A stretch of 64,000 nt of DNA from Trueperaceae bacterium (GTDB taxonomy: Bacteria; Deinococcota; Deinococci; Deinococcales; Trueperaceae), in NCBI GenBank assembly GCA_965213705.1, contig OZ243913.1, positions 2,464,001 to 2,528,000 of the forward strand. The letters run 5' to 3'. The notes under the pieces are model-generated. The model saw only the letters and a program-made list of their open reading frames with translations, did not search any database and was not told the origin of the DNA. Shown here piece by piece: positions 21,874 through 32,613 of this stretch. How positions within the stretch are numbered: position 1 is the first letter of the stretch; each line of letters begins with the position of its first letter. The translations under genes and the position numbers were made by a program.

Positions 21874-23312
21874 TCAAAAGGAGTCGGCGGCGCAACCCGG
21901 CGCCGAGTGCGGAGCAGACCTTGAGCGTTCACTTAGGCATGGCGCGGGCGCGGCAGTGGCAGCGCCGGCTGTGGCTGAGCAGTGCCGGCGCTTGCGCCGT
22001 TTCTGCGCTGCTGTGGCTGGTGGGCGCGGGCCTGTTCACTCACCTGTTGGTGACGGCGGCGGCTTTCGGGCTGGGTTTGGCGCTGCCGGTGCGCTCGGCG
22101 GGAGACTGGGCACTGGCGTGGGTCAGCGGGCACGGCCTGAGTTACGCGACCGCGCTGGAACTTGCCCAAAGTCCGGACGACCCTTACGGCTTTCACGGGG
22201 CCGTGACAAAGCGTGCGAGCGCGCAAGCCGCGCGGCTCGAGCCGCCCAAACAACAGCCCTGGTGGCTGCCCTTTCTCGTCACCGCAGTCGTGCTGGCCGC
22301 CCTGCCGGTCGGTCCTTTCGGGGGCCGGGGCGCTCCGTTTGCCGTTACGCGGCCGAACGCTACCGCCGCCGGGGCGGAAAACGTCGGCACCGACCCCGCA
22401 CCCGCCGGGGCAGCCGAAGACCCGCAGGACTCGCCCGACCCCTTCACGGCGGAACCGGCCGACGTCTCTACGACCGCGCCGTCACTCGACGACCTGAGTG
22501 CGGCCGGCGCGACCGAAGCGGGGGCCGAAGGGGGCGGCGCCAGCGACGCAGCGGCGCTGGACCGGTTTTTGGACACGCTGCGCGACCAGCCCCCACCGGA
22601 CGAGCCCAACCCGTTCAGTAGCGCCGCGCCGTCGCAACGCTCCGGTACGCCGGGCGAGCGAGAAGCGAGTGACACCCAAAACGGCCGCAGCGGTGAGGGA
22701 CGGGACGACTCGAGCCGCGCGGAGCCCTCGAGCGCGGACGAACAGGGTGAACAGGGCCGGGGTGAGCAGGGCCAGGGTGAGCAAGGTCGGGGTGAGCAGG
22801 GTCAGAGCGAGCAAGGGCAAGAGCAGGGACAAGGAGAAGGCGAAGAAGGCCAACAGCAGGCTGACGCCGGGCAAGCCGAGGGTCAGAACGACCAGGGTCA
22901 GCCGACCGACCAGGAAGGCGCAGGGGAAAGCGACGCGCAAAATGCCCAGGAAAACGCGCAACCGGGCGACGCCACAAGCAGCAGCCCGCAACAGGGCGCG
23001 CCGGGCGACGAGCCCGGGACCCCCGAAGCCGGCGAGTCGGGCGAGGGTGCAGGAGACACACCCGGAGGCCCAACGGTGCGCGAAAACAGTCGCTTGGACA
23101 CGCCCTCACAGGACCCGGAACAACTGCAGGGCCGCTTGAACGGCGGGCCGAGCAACGTTGCCGGGACGGTTCGCTTGCAAGGCACGCCGCCGACGTCGCA
23201 ACTGCCGGAGGGCGGCGCACCGGGCGGGTTCAGCCGCGCCGAAGAGCGGGCCATCACCGAAGGCCGTATTCCGGTCGAGTACCAAGACATCATCCGGAAC
23301 TATTTTCGCTGA
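21870..23312 (+). CDS. Membrane protein with long low-complexity G/Q/E region
   Basis: ATGA coupling; TM helices, EQGQG repeats, C-terminal IPVEYQDIIRNYF. Confidence 0.75.
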   Translation: MIKRSRRRNPAPSAEQTLSVHLGMARARQWQRRLWLSSAGACAVSALLWLVGAGLFTHLLVTAAAFGLGLALPVRSAGDWALAWVSGHGLSYATALELAQSPDDPYGFHGAVTKRASAQAARLEPPKQQPWWLPFLVTAVVLAALPVGPFGGRGAPFAVTRPNATAAGAENVGTDPAPAGAAEDPQDSPDPFTAEPADVSTTAPSLDDLSAAGATEAGAEGGGASDAAALDRFLDTLRDQPPPDEPNPFSSAAPSQRSGTPGEREASDTQNGRSGEGRDDSSRAEPSSADEQGEQGRGEQGQGEQGRGEQGQSEQGQEQGQGEGEEGQQQADAGQAEGQNDQGQPTDQEGAGESDAQNAQENAQPGDATSSSPQQGAPGDEPGTPEAGESGEGAGDTPGGPTVRENSRLDTPSQDPEQLQGRLNGGPSNVAGTVRLQGTPPTSQLPEGGAPGGFSRAEERAITEGRIPVEYQDIIRNYFR

Positions 23313-23697
23313 CGTCCGTTGTGGCCGTGAAAACCCAGTCTTCGGTGTTTTGTTGTGAGTGTCAACGGTGGTTGAAAAGCTTGCCTTTTGCGGTTGTTAC
23401 GGTCGAGACGGAAACGAGCTGCTAATGCTCGGGAACCCGCGGACTACGTCCTCCCGGCTCTTCACTTTTGGGCTCAGTGCCAATCCTCTGTTAGCCTGAC
23501 TACTCGCGTGACCGTCAGTGTCAGTTTTGTCGGAGGTGGACACGCCTGAACGTGCTTTCAAGCGGTCCTCAGTGGCAAGATGCCGCCGCAAGAGGAACCC
23601 TGGCTTTGCAGACCAACCACCCACAGCCAAAAGGCCGGAGTCGCGTAACCAGGTGCTATGCTGTGGCTTTGTAAAAGAGGCTCACGAAAGGAGCACT

Positions 23698-24654
23698 ATG
23701 CAGCGATTCAACACGAGGTGGTCGGTCATGTTCGCCTTTTTACTCGCCGTGGCTTGGGCACAGGACTCGGCCGACCCGGTAGTTTTGTCGGTCGGCGCGA
23801 CGAACTACACGTTGAGCGAGTTCGGTGACCGCTTCGACTTTTACGCAGCCAACCTCGCGTCTCAACAAGGCGTACCCTTCAACGAGGAAACGCGCCCTCT
23901 GTTCGCCGAACTTCGCCCCGCTTACTTAGACCGACTCGCCCGTGAGACAGTGGTTTTACAACTTGGCCGCAGCCAGGGTCTGAGGTCGGACGCGGCGGCC
24001 GTCGACGAGCGCGTCGCCGCGATTCGGGCCAACTTCGAGAGCGACGACGCGTTCCTAGCGGCCCTGGCCCAAGCGGGCGTCGGCAGTGAAGAGCTGTTGC
24101 GCACCCTCATCGGCGAGGCCGAACTGAGCAACCGGACGATTGCCTCACTGGAACAAGACGTTGAACTGCCGGACTACTACGTCCAGCTCTTTTACGACGC
24201 CAACCGCGGCGCGTTGGAGCGCCCCACCGAGACGTGCGCGCGGCACATCTTGGTTGAAACCGAAGCCGAGGCCTTGGACTTAGCGGCTGAACTCGGGGCG
24301 GGCGCGGAGTTCGAAACTTTAGCTGCCGAGAACAGCTTTGACACCGGCAGCGGCGCTCAGGGCGGCGACCTCGGTTGTTTCGGTCCGGGCCGGATGGTAC
24401 CCGAGTTCGAAGAGGCGGCTTTCAGCACGTCTGTCGGCACCGTCAGCGCGCCGGTGCAAAGCCAATTCGGCTACCACCTCATTTTGCCCTATGACCGCAC
24501 CGAAGCGACGACGGTGCCCCTGCAAGAGGTCGAAACCGAGATACGCGCCGAACTGGCCCGCCAAGTGGTGCGCAAAGTCATCGAAAGTTACGTCGAAAAC
24601 GCCGCTATCGAAAAGTTCGAAGACCGACTCGCTGTTCCCGCGTCCGGAGGTTAA
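23698..24654 (+). CDS. Parvulin-type peptidyl-prolyl isomerase (PrsA/SurA-like)
   Basis: AAGGAG + ATG, signal peptide; ARHILV, GGDLG, MVPEFE, QFGYHLI. Confidence 0.92.
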   Translation: MQRFNTRWSVMFAFLLAVAWAQDSADPVVLSVGATNYTLSEFGDRFDFYAANLASQQGVPFNEETRPLFAELRPAYLDRLARETVVLQLGRSQGLRSDAAAVDERVAAIRANFESDDAFLAALAQAGVGSEELLRTLIGEAELSNRTIASLEQDVELPDYYVQLFYDANRGALERPTETCARHILVETEAEALDLAAELGAGAEFETLAAENSFDTGSGAQGGDLGCFGPGRMVPEFEEAAFSTSVGTVSAPVQSQFGYHLILPYDRTEATTVPLQEVETEIRAELARQVVRKVIESYVENAAIEKFEDRLAVPASGG

Positions 24655-24660
24655 AGGCCG

Positions 24661-24996
24661 ATGTTCAAAAAACGTTTGTTCTTGCTGTGCTTGCTCGTGC
24701 TGGCGATTGCGCTCGGCGGTTGCCGCAACGAAACGCAGAACCGCATCCGCCGCTCGATTCAGGACTTTACCGCCGACAAAATGTACATCACGATTTACAG
24801 CTGGGAGGGCCAGGAGATTTTCAACGGCGTGGTCGACGGCAAGGTCACCCGCGCGTCGAACAAGTTGAGCAACACCAACGAGACGGCCGAAGGCAGCTAT
24901 GTTTACTGGTTCGACGACCGGGGGCGGTACCACCAAACGGACCTGCCCTACCTGGTGACGAGTTACGACCGGGACGAGGCGGTGCGCGCTCCTTAG
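24661..24996 (+). CDS. Small hypothetical lipoprotein
   Basis: Lipobox LGGC; 111 aa. Confidence 0.75.
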   Translation: MFKKRLFLLCLLVLAIALGGCRNETQNRIRRSIQDFTADKMYITIYSWEGQEIFNGVVDGKVTRASNKLSNTNETAEGSYVYWFDDRGRYHQTDLPYLVTSYDRDEAVRAP

Positions 24997-25436
24997 AACG
25001 CCCGCAGGCCGAAAGCTGGGAAAACTTCGAGAGGCGCTGCGGTTGCGCCTCTTTTTCGGTCGGCGTTTCATGCCGTGGAAGTTCAACGGATTCCGATACT
25101 ACAGCTAATAAACCTTGGAAGAGTTTTTCGCTTCCTTATCGAAATCCGTGTTTTTTCTCGCCCTGCTCGCATTCAGTTTCGAGAAAGTTAAACGGGAAAG
25201 GTATCAGTTAACAGTTTCGACAGTGACTGAGACAGCGTCGTCGTGTCTCGTTCAAACTACGCACGGCTTCAAAGATCATGCTTTTTACCGAGGGGCCAAA
25301 AGTGATTGTGTCTCAAGTAGGGCGAACTGAGTAGGTACAGGGCCGCTCGAGCGTCGGCTCTGGCCCCCTCCGAAACTCGTTGGTGTTCGTTGCGCAGCCA
25401 CCTTCTCGTTTTTCTGACGGGTCTGACCCCGAAACG

Positions 25437-27710
25437 TCAGTCCAGATACGCGCCGATGTCGCGTGGGTCGACGTCGACGCGCAGGCGGGCGCGGCCCGCG
25501 TAGGACAGGGCCGGCTCGAGCACCCTTTTCAGGCGCTCCTCGCGCGAACTGCGCACGAACAGTTGATAGGTGTGCATCCCGCGCATCCTCGCGACCGGAG
25601 CCGGCGTCGGACCCAGCACTTCGTCACCCTCCTGGACGCGCAGGGACAGCGTTTTCGCCAGCAGACCCGCCTCGTGTTCGGCCGTTTCTTTGTTTTTCGA
25701 ACTCAGCTGAACTTTGGCGAGCGCGACGAAAGGGGGATAGCGGTAGTGGCGGCGGCGCTCTAAAAGCCCGGCCAGGTAAGCCTCGACGGCCCCGTCCTCT
25801 TGGTTTTGGTAAGCGCGCACGAGCGCGTGCTCGGCTTGAAAGGTCTGGAGCAGCGTCAGAGGGCGTTTGAAAGGCTGCAGCTCGCCGAGGCCGAGGAGAA
25901 ACCGCAGCGTCTCCTCCTCGGCACGAAAGTCGCTCGCCGCCAACAGCGTGTCGAGCAGCGTCACCGCGACGAGGGACACGTTGGGCAGCGGCGCGTGGCG
26001 CAAGACGGCGGTCGTCGCGACGACGACGCCCGCCTCACCCGCCATGAGGGGACTCAGGTCGTCACGGTGGTCTGCGTCGTAGCGGTAGACGGGCAGGTCC
26101 GGACCGACGTGCTTGCGCACCTCGGCCGTGACCCACTCGGTTCCCGCGCCGCGCAGCGGACCCAAGGTCGCAGCTTGGCACTCGGGACATAGGTCGGGGG
26201 GGCGGGTATGGTAGGCACACTGGTGGCACTTCAAAAAGCGCTGACGCTGGTGGTAACGCAGCGGTAGGTCGCAGTTGGGACACATCGTGATAAAGCCGCA
26301 GACAACGCAGCCGAGCGCCGCCGAGAAACCCCGGCGCGGGGCTATCAACACGGCTTGACGCCCGCGCGCGGCGACCTGTTTAAGCACGCGCACTAAGTCG
26401 GCCCCGAGCGGCCAGTTGCGCTCGCCCGACAGGTCGGCGACGTGAACGCGTGAGGGGCGCCTCGGCAGGGTGACCCGGCCTGCAGCGGGGACGAAGTGAA
26501 GGGTCTCAGGCGTCGGCAGGGCGTCGCTGAACACGACCGGCACGCCCAAACGTTCGGCCAGCCGCCGCGCCGCGCTCGGCACGAACAGCCGGGGACCGGC
26601 GGGCAGCTTATAACTGCTGCTGCCCTCTTCCAACACGACGATGCAACCCAGGTTTTTCAGCGGGGCCAACAACGCCAAGTAACTGCCCACCAACACGACG
26701 GGCGCGCCCTCGCCCAGCTCGCGCCACACGCGGGCGCGTTGCGCGTCGCTCAAATCGCCGCTCAAAACTTGGCAGGGCAACACGTCGGCGAGGTAAGCAG
26801 CCGTCTCCGCCAGCAAAACCCCCTCGGGAACGAGGACGAGCGTGCTGCGGCCGGCTTTCAACTCCGCCTTGAACAAAGGGACGACGGCGGCGAGGCGGTC
26901 GGCGCGGCTGCCTGCGGAGACCGACACGCAAGCCGTCTCGAGCAGGTGTCCGGGGCAGCCTTGCGCCAAAACGCTCGGTGTAGGGCTCGGCAAAACGCGG
27001 GGCGCGTAGGTCGGCAAGGGGGGCGGCGGCGCGGGTAGCTCGGCGTACTCGGCGTAGCCCTTTTTGACGAGCGTGCGAACCGTGCTTTCGGACAAGCCTT
27101 CGTCACGGGCAAACTCGGCGGCGCTGGCGACATGCTCAAACCGCAGCAACGCCTCGAGCGCTTCTCGTTGCGCAGCCCTGGCGCGCCCGTTAAGCGCTTT
27201 GTCGGGCGGCCGCACGGCCCGCAAGACCCGCGCGGTCGGCTCAACGGGTCGGACGCGCTCGAGCAGCAGCCCCTGCCGCCTGAACAGGTCGAGTCGGGCG
27301 GCTTTTACGGTGGCGGCGTCGGTCCAGCGCCCGAGCGCTTCGCCCCCGTCCACGACCGCCCCTTCGACCAGCCGCACCTCGTGGTGGACGGGCCCTGACA
27401 ACCCCACCGGCAACAAGCTCGCCAACAAGCGGCCCGGCGGCGAGCAGGTATGTTCGGCCAGGTCGGCGATAAAGCCGAGCCGGTCGGGCAGGACGAAGGG
27501 GACGGTCTCGAGCGCGCCGACGATGTCCCGCAACTCAAGCGCCCTACTCGCCGACACCTCGCTCCGCGAAGTCACCAGGCCGAGCCGCACGCCCCCTTGC
27601 CACGGCACCGCCACCCGACAGCCGAGCGCGGGCGCGGTCGTGCCGAAGGGCACTAAGTAGTCAAAAGGCGGCAGGGGCAAAGGCAGCAACACTTGGACGG
27701 CGGCGGGCAC
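25437..27710 (-). CDS. priA: Primosomal protein N' (PriA), helicase motifs degenerate
   Basis: PFDY, RVAVPW, LVLVPE, RRGF, four CxxC pairs, GAGTE, YPPF, LGPTPAP, VDVDP. Confidence 0.93.
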   Translation of the reverse strand: MPAAVQVLLPLPLPPFDYLVPFGTTAPALGCRVAVPWQGGVRLGLVTSRSEVSASRALELRDIVGALETVPFVLPDRLGFIADLAEHTCSPPGRLLASLLPVGLSGPVHHEVRLVEGAVVDGGEALGRWTDAATVKAARLDLFRRQGLLLERVRPVEPTARVLRAVRPPDKALNGRARAAQREALEALLRFEHVASAAEFARDEGLSESTVRTLVKKGYAEYAELPAPPPPLPTYAPRVLPSPTPSVLAQGCPGHLLETACVSVSAGSRADRLAAVVPLFKAELKAGRSTLVLVPEGVLLAETAAYLADVLPCQVLSGDLSDAQRARVWRELGEGAPVVLVGSYLALLAPLKNLGCIVVLEEGSSSYKLPAGPRLFVPSAARRLAERLGVPVVFSDALPTPETLHFVPAAGRVTLPRRPSRVHVADLSGERNWPLGADLVRVLKQVAARGRQAVLIAPRRGFSAALGCVVCGFITMCPNCDLPLRYHQRQRFLKCHQCAYHTRPPDLCPECQAATLGPLRGAGTEWVTAEVRKHVGPDLPVYRYDADHRDDLSPLMAGEAGVVVATTAVLRHAPLPNVSLVAVTLLDTLLAASDFRAEEETLRFLLGLGELQPFKRPLTLLQTFQAEHALVRAYQNQEDGAVEAYLAGLLERRRHYRYPPFVALAKVQLSSKNKETAEHEAGLLAKTLSLRVQEGDEVLGPTPAPVARMRGMHTYQLFVRSSREERLKRVLEPALSYAGRARLRVDVDPRDIGAYLD

Positions 27711-27919
27711 AGACTATGGTACCGCGCTTTTGAAGGTCGAGCGGCATCGTGAAGCGCGAGCGGCGACACGCAAAGGTTACACACAAAGGGCGACGCATAA
27801 AGGACGACGCATAAAGGGCAGAGTGCCGAGACGACCTTGCGAGCAACCCCGAAGCCGTGTACGTTCCGAGCGGTCCCGGGCCCTTCCCGGCGTGTGCCCG
27901 GCATGCGCTAGAATGCCCC

Positions 27920-28945
27920 ATGTCGAAAAGTCGCAACACCGCCTACGACCGCGCCGGGGTGAGCTTGGAGGCCGGAGAAAAAACCTTGAACCTTATCGCC
28001 GAGGCCGTCTCGAGCACGTACGACGAGCGGGTACTGGCCGGGCTGGGCGCGTTCGGGGGGCTGTTCGACGCGTCCTTTTTGAAAGCCTACCGCGCGCCCG
28101 TCCTGGTCGCCTCGACGGACGGCGTCGGCACCAAGACGAAGGTCGCCGCGGCGCTGAGTCGCTGGAGCACCATCGGGACGGACTTGGTACACCACTGCAT
28201 CAACGATATTTTGGTCCAGGGGGCCGAGCCGCTGTTTTTTCTGGACTACGTCGCGAGCGCTCGACTCGAGCCCGAGGTTACCGCCCGTCTCGTCACGGGT
28301 GTGGCGGCCGCCTGCCGGGCGACGGGGACGGTCCTGCTCGGGGGCGAAACCGCCGAAATGCCCGGGGTTTACGTCCCGGGCGAATTCGACCTCGTCGGCA
28401 CCGTCGTCGGGGTGGTGGAACGAGACAACTTAGTAACCGGCGCGGCGATAAGGGCGGGCGACCAGGTGTTCGCGTTGGCGTCGGGCGGCTTGCAGACGAA
28501 CGGTTTCAGCCTGGCGCGCGCCGTGCTGGCGGACGCCTACGCCGAAACGTTTGAGGGCGCGACCGTCGGGGACGCGCTACTCACGCCGCACCGGCACTAT
28601 TTGGAGCCGGTGCGAGCCGTCCGCGACAAAGTCACACTCAAGGGCATGGCCCACATCACGGGCGGCGGGTTGCCGGGCAACCTGCCGCGCGTCTTGCCGC
28701 CGGGTTTGGGCGTGCGGCTCAGCGAGGGCAGTTGGCCCGTGCCGCCGATTTTTACCCTCATTCAAGAACGTGGCGGTGTGCCCCGCGACGAGATGTTCCG
28801 CGCCTTCAACATGGGCGCGGGCTTCGTCCTCGTGGTGAGCGAAGACGAAGCGGGGGCGCTCGCGGAGGCCTGCCCCGAGCCCGTTTACAGGCTCGGCGTG
28901 GTCACCGAAGGTGCGGGCGTCACCTTTACCACGTCACTTTCCTGA
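27920..28945 (+). CDS. purM: Phosphoribosylformylglycinamidine cyclo-ligase (AIR synthetase)
   Basis: YDRAGV, TDGVGTK, PLFFLDY, GGETAEMP, NGFSL, HITGGG, FNMG; TAGAAT before ATG. Confidence 0.97.
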   Translation: MSKSRNTAYDRAGVSLEAGEKTLNLIAEAVSSTYDERVLAGLGAFGGLFDASFLKAYRAPVLVASTDGVGTKTKVAAALSRWSTIGTDLVHHCINDILVQGAEPLFFLDYVASARLEPEVTARLVTGVAAACRATGTVLLGGETAEMPGVYVPGEFDLVGTVVGVVERDNLVTGAAIRAGDQVFALASGGLQTNGFSLARAVLADAYAETFEGATVGDALLTPHRHYLEPVRAVRDKVTLKGMAHITGGGLPGNLPRVLPPGLGVRLSEGSWPVPPIFTLIQERGGVPRDEMFRAFNMGAGFVLVVSEDEAGALAEACPEPVYRLGVVTEGAGVTFTTSLS

Positions 28946-28948
28946 CGC

Positions 28949-29911
28949 TCAGGGTGTTGCCGGTAAGGGCGCGGTTTGAGCCTGCGCCGGGTTCATCAAG
29001 CCGCGCACGTCGAGCAGAAAGTTACCGTCCGAAGGCAGCATGATGGTTTGCAGGGACGGCGCGAGTTTTTGGGCGACTTCTAGCTGGATGATCTCCGGAT
29101 TGTTGCGAATCGCCTCGCCCCGCAAGGTCAGGGCTTGCGCTTCACCCTGGGCTTCGGCAATGGCGGCGTCGCGCTGGCCTTCGGCCTCGATGACCGCGCG
29201 CTCGGCGGCGATGCGCGACTGCTCGCGCCGGTTCGCCTCGACCTGCACTTGCTGCTCGGCAGCTTGTTTTTCCTCGATGGCGCGGGTGATGAGTTCGGGA
29301 ATGCGGATGTCGCGCAGCAGGGCGTTTTCCAGAATGATGTTGTTCTCGGCCAAGTTGCTCTCGAGTTCATTGACGATTTGCTGCTGCACCTCGGTCCGCT
29401 GCGTGCTGATGAGTTCGGCCGCGTTGTAGCTCGCCACCGCGTCGCGGATGACCGAGCGCACGATCGGGCGAATCAGCGTGCCTTCGTAGTCGACGCCGAG
29501 CGTTTCGTAAATCAGCGGCGCTTCGCCGGGCGCGATTTTAAAACGAATCGTCGCGTCGGTGACGATTTGCAAACCCTCTTGCGAGAGCGCGTTGATGGCG
29601 TCGGCGTCGCCGAAGTTGATGGCCTGCTCGCGCGTGTTGAGCAGCGTGACCTGTTGGACGAACGGCACCACGAAGTGAACGCCCGGCCGGAGGGCGCGCT
29701 GCTGAACGCCTCCGAACACGTTGAACACGACGCCCACGTTGCCCGCGGGCACCACCACGAACGCTGATGACAGCACCGCCACGGCGACCCCGACGACTAT
29801 GGCCGTGCCGCCCAAACTGCGCAAGCGGCCCTGCTGGCCTTGCACACCCTGAACCAGCAGCACGGCGCCCAACACGACGATGCCCAAACCTAGTAAAACG
29901 AGTAGTGTCAT
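28949..29911 (-). CDS. SPFH/prohibitin (band 7) membrane protein
   Basis: Two TM helices, VPAGNVGV, PGVHFVVPF, AIEEKQAAEQ, EAEG repeats. Confidence 0.92.
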   Translation of the reverse strand: MTLLVLLGLGIVVLGAVLLVQGVQGQQGRLRSLGGTAIVVGVAVAVLSSAFVVVPAGNVGVVFNVFGGVQQRALRPGVHFVVPFVQQVTLLNTREQAINFGDADAINALSQEGLQIVTDATIRFKIAPGEAPLIYETLGVDYEGTLIRPIVRSVIRDAVASYNAAELISTQRTEVQQQIVNELESNLAENNIILENALLRDIRIPELITRAIEEKQAAEQQVQVEANRREQSRIAAERAVIEAEGQRDAAIAEAQGEAQALTLRGEAIRNNPEIIQLEVAQKLAPSLQTIMLPSDGNFLLDVRGLMNPAQAQTAPLPATP

Positions 29912-30136
29912 AAACTGACCTCCTGTTCAAACAGTGTACCCGACGCCGCGCGGCGGTTCGTCCCACTTTAGTTTCAGGTGGGTTCGGCCGGGTCGCTTTA
30001 GGTGTGATGGTCGGGGTCAACATCCGCCTCTTCGACCACGGGCGCGGACCTCGTTCTGCAACCCCCGGCCGGCGAAAGCGCGCACGCCGGGGGTTTGAGG
30101 ACCGAGCAGCGTGAAGAGAGCTTGTAGACTGAGGTC

Positions 30137-31111
30137 ATGACCGTCGACTTCAGCCTTCCCGAGTGGGCAACGCACGTCGTCTCCGACCTGACCGACATGG
30201 AGCGTAATCCCTACCGGGTCAACCCCACGAAAGTCAGCGCTTTCAGCCTGGACTTGCCCGACGACGTGTACTTCGAATACGCGTTTTTAGACGCGGCGGA
30301 CGCGATGCGCCCCGACCCCGAAAACGCCGTCAAAGCGGACAACCCCTGGTACCCCGACATCAGCGCGGTTCTCGGCCCGACCTACGCGCCGAGTCCCTAC
30401 GCCCGTCCGAGCGTCAAAGCGCAGGGGCGCGTGCTGCGCCAAAGGGTCGAGTCGGCGGCGCTCGAGCAAGTCCGGCGCGTCACCCTGTACACGCCGTCCG
30501 GACACGAGTCCGAAGCCCTGCCGACCGTTTATGTTCAAGACGGCACGGCTTACTACCGCATCGCGCACTTGGCGGACGTGCTCGAGACGTTGGTGCAGGA
30601 GGGCCGCGCGCGCCCCGCCCACCTCGCGTTTGTCGAACCCGTCGAGCGCACTTTGGAGTACCGGTTCAACCCGGCCTACCGCAAGTTCGTCTGCCAGGAA
30701 CTCGTCCCCTTCGTCGACCTGGAGGTGGCGACGACCGCCGAGCGGATTGCTATGGGCGCGAGCCTCGGCGGGCTTGTCAGCGCGACGTTGGCCTTGGAAC
30801 GCCCCGACCTGTTCCGCACCGTCGTCGCGCAGTCGGGCGCGTTTCTGGGCAGTCCCGACGAGCCGGACTTTTACCGGGGCAAGACTTCTTGGGTGTTGGC
30901 CCAGCTCGAGACACGACCCAAACTCGACCTCCGTTGGTACACCGACGTGGGCACTATAGAGTGGCTGACCGACGTCAACCGCCGCGTCCACGACACGCTG
31001 CTCGAGCGGGGTTACGAACACGCGTTCGAAACGCGCCATGCGGGCCACAACTGGACGAATTGGCGCAACGGTTTGGGCACCGCCCTCAGCTTTGCGCTCG
31101 ATGTACAATAA
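30137..31111 (+). CDS. Esterase, enterochelin esterase-like alpha/beta hydrolase
   Basis: YTPSG, VYVQDG, GASLGG nucleophile, AQSG, GHNWTNW. Confidence 0.88.
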   Translation: MTVDFSLPEWATHVVSDLTDMERNPYRVNPTKVSAFSLDLPDDVYFEYAFLDAADAMRPDPENAVKADNPWYPDISAVLGPTYAPSPYARPSVKAQGRVLRQRVESAALEQVRRVTLYTPSGHESEALPTVYVQDGTAYYRIAHLADVLETLVQEGRARPAHLAFVEPVERTLEYRFNPAYRKFVCQELVPFVDLEVATTAERIAMGASLGGLVSATLALERPDLFRTVVAQSGAFLGSPDEPDFYRGKTSWVLAQLETRPKLDLRWYTDVGTIEWLTDVNRRVHDTLLERGYEHAFETRHAGHNWTNWRNGLGTALSFALDVQ

Positions 31112-31172
31112 GCCCAAAAAACCTGTGACAGACGTACATCCAACAGGTACCAGCCAGGTGTAGACTGGGTGT

Positions 31173-31469
31173 ATGAACGCTTTTGCGCTGTTTCAAACCA
31201 TCGCCGCAACTCGTAAAGAGAAAGCTTTCAAGCGGGCGGTCGCTCCGCTTCTCGCGGGCCGGCAGCGATTGGTCGCCAGCGCGGCCTTACACGCCGCGCT
31301 CACCGAAGCCACCAACACCCTCGAGGCCTCCTACACGCCCGCCGTTCAAGGCGTCCTCGACTACTACGACCGCGAAATCGAACGAATCAGGTTGAAGCAC
31401 TACGGAGAACGGCCCGGTTGGGGACTCAACTCCTTGATTTCCAAACCGGGCCTGACACATCAGCTTTGA
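31173..31469 (+). CDS. Hypothetical protein
   Basis: 98-aa ORF with TAGACT 6 nt before ATG. Confidence 0.6.
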   Translation: MNAFALFQTIAATRKEKAFKRAVAPLLAGRQRLVASAALHAALTEATNTLEASYTPAVQGVLDYYDREIERIRLKHYGERPGWGLNSLISKPGLTHQL

Positions 31470-31700
31470 AAAACCGAACTGCAAACCGCACCCAAAGATA
31501 GGCGCGGTAAAGCACCACGTGGCAAGCGTATAGTCAAGTCTCGTGCAGCACAAACAACCTTCATCCAAGGCTTAGAGCCGTCTTCTAAGTTTTCAAAACA
31601 CCCGCCGAGAGCCGTCAAAACAACGTCACCTTCGCTGTATTTTGCATCCCAAACAGCGCTCCGACCCTCGCGTAAACTTAAGCGTGAGGAGCTGCGAATC

Positions 31701-32216
31701 ATGAGTGAGCAAAAAACCGCGATCATAGCAGGAGGTTGTTTTTGGGGCTTGGAAGACCTAGTCCGCAAACAGCCGGGGGTGACGGACACAGAAGTCGGCT
31801 ATACAGGCGGGCAAAACGACCACCCCACGTACCAGCGCCACCCCGGTCACGCCGAAGTCCTAAAGGTCACCTACGACCCCGCCGTGACCAGTTACCGGCA
31901 CGTGCTGGACTTCTTTTTCCAAATCCACAACCCTACGACCCTCAACCAGCAGGGCAACGACCGGGGCACGTCCTACCGCTCCGCCATCTTTTACAAAGAC
32001 GAACAGGAAAAACAAACCGCCCAAGAGATGATTGACATTGTCAATCACTCGGGGCGCTGGCCCAACCCCGTCGTGACGACGTTGGAGCCTTTTACCCAGT
32101 TTTGGCCCGCGGAGGACTATCACCAGGACTACCTCGTTAAGAATGTCGGGGGCTACACCTGTCATAGAATTTACTTCGACAGTTACCTCCACCCTGAAGG
32201 GCGTTTGGGGAAATAG
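31701..32216 (+). CDS. msrA: Peptide methionine sulfoxide reductase A
   Basis: [33 protein letters not shown]. Confidence 0.97.
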   Translation: MSEQKTAIIAGGCFWGLEDLVRKQPGVTDTEVGYTGGQNDHPTYQRHPGHAEVLKVTYDPAVTSYRHVLDFFFQIHNPTTLNQQGNDRGTSYRSAIFYKDEQEKQTAQEMIDIVNHSGRWPNPVVTTLEPFTQFWPAEDYHQDYLVKNVGGYTCHRIYFDSYLHPEGRLGK

Positions 32217-32613
32217 CGGCGTCGAAAACGAACCTTCAAGAGCGAGCACGAGGTTGAGCACCTCGTGCTTGCCGTGACGACGTGTCGGGACGTGTGACAA
32301 AAGCCTGGCCCTGCTCCGGCCACGGCGTTTCTCCATCTTTCGAGGGCCGCCTTCCCGACAGCTTTTACAGCGGATTTGTAAGTCGTGAAAGATTTTGACG
32401 CCTTAGCGAAGCGGACTCGAGAAGCCGACCCGCTCGGTCGTCTCAACGTGAAAACGCCGTGACGACCGCCGACAAAGCGTTCACAGCTGCGCGGTCCCTG
32501 CCGAACGCCTCGCAAAGAAAAGTTTTTTGCCAAGCAACTTTTCCTAAGAAGGCCCACAGTTCCTACCCCCGGGCGGACCTATACTGACCGGGTTAGCTCG
32601 AGAGGGGACAGTT

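Noticed and set aside
25115..25330. 71-aa ORF in an AT-richer gap
   Set aside because: TTG start, no RBS or -10, no recognisable features
32360..32400. Further copy of the 48-bp repeat (also weak partial matches near 23350 and 36535)
   Set aside because: Only one half-motif each, with wrong spacing
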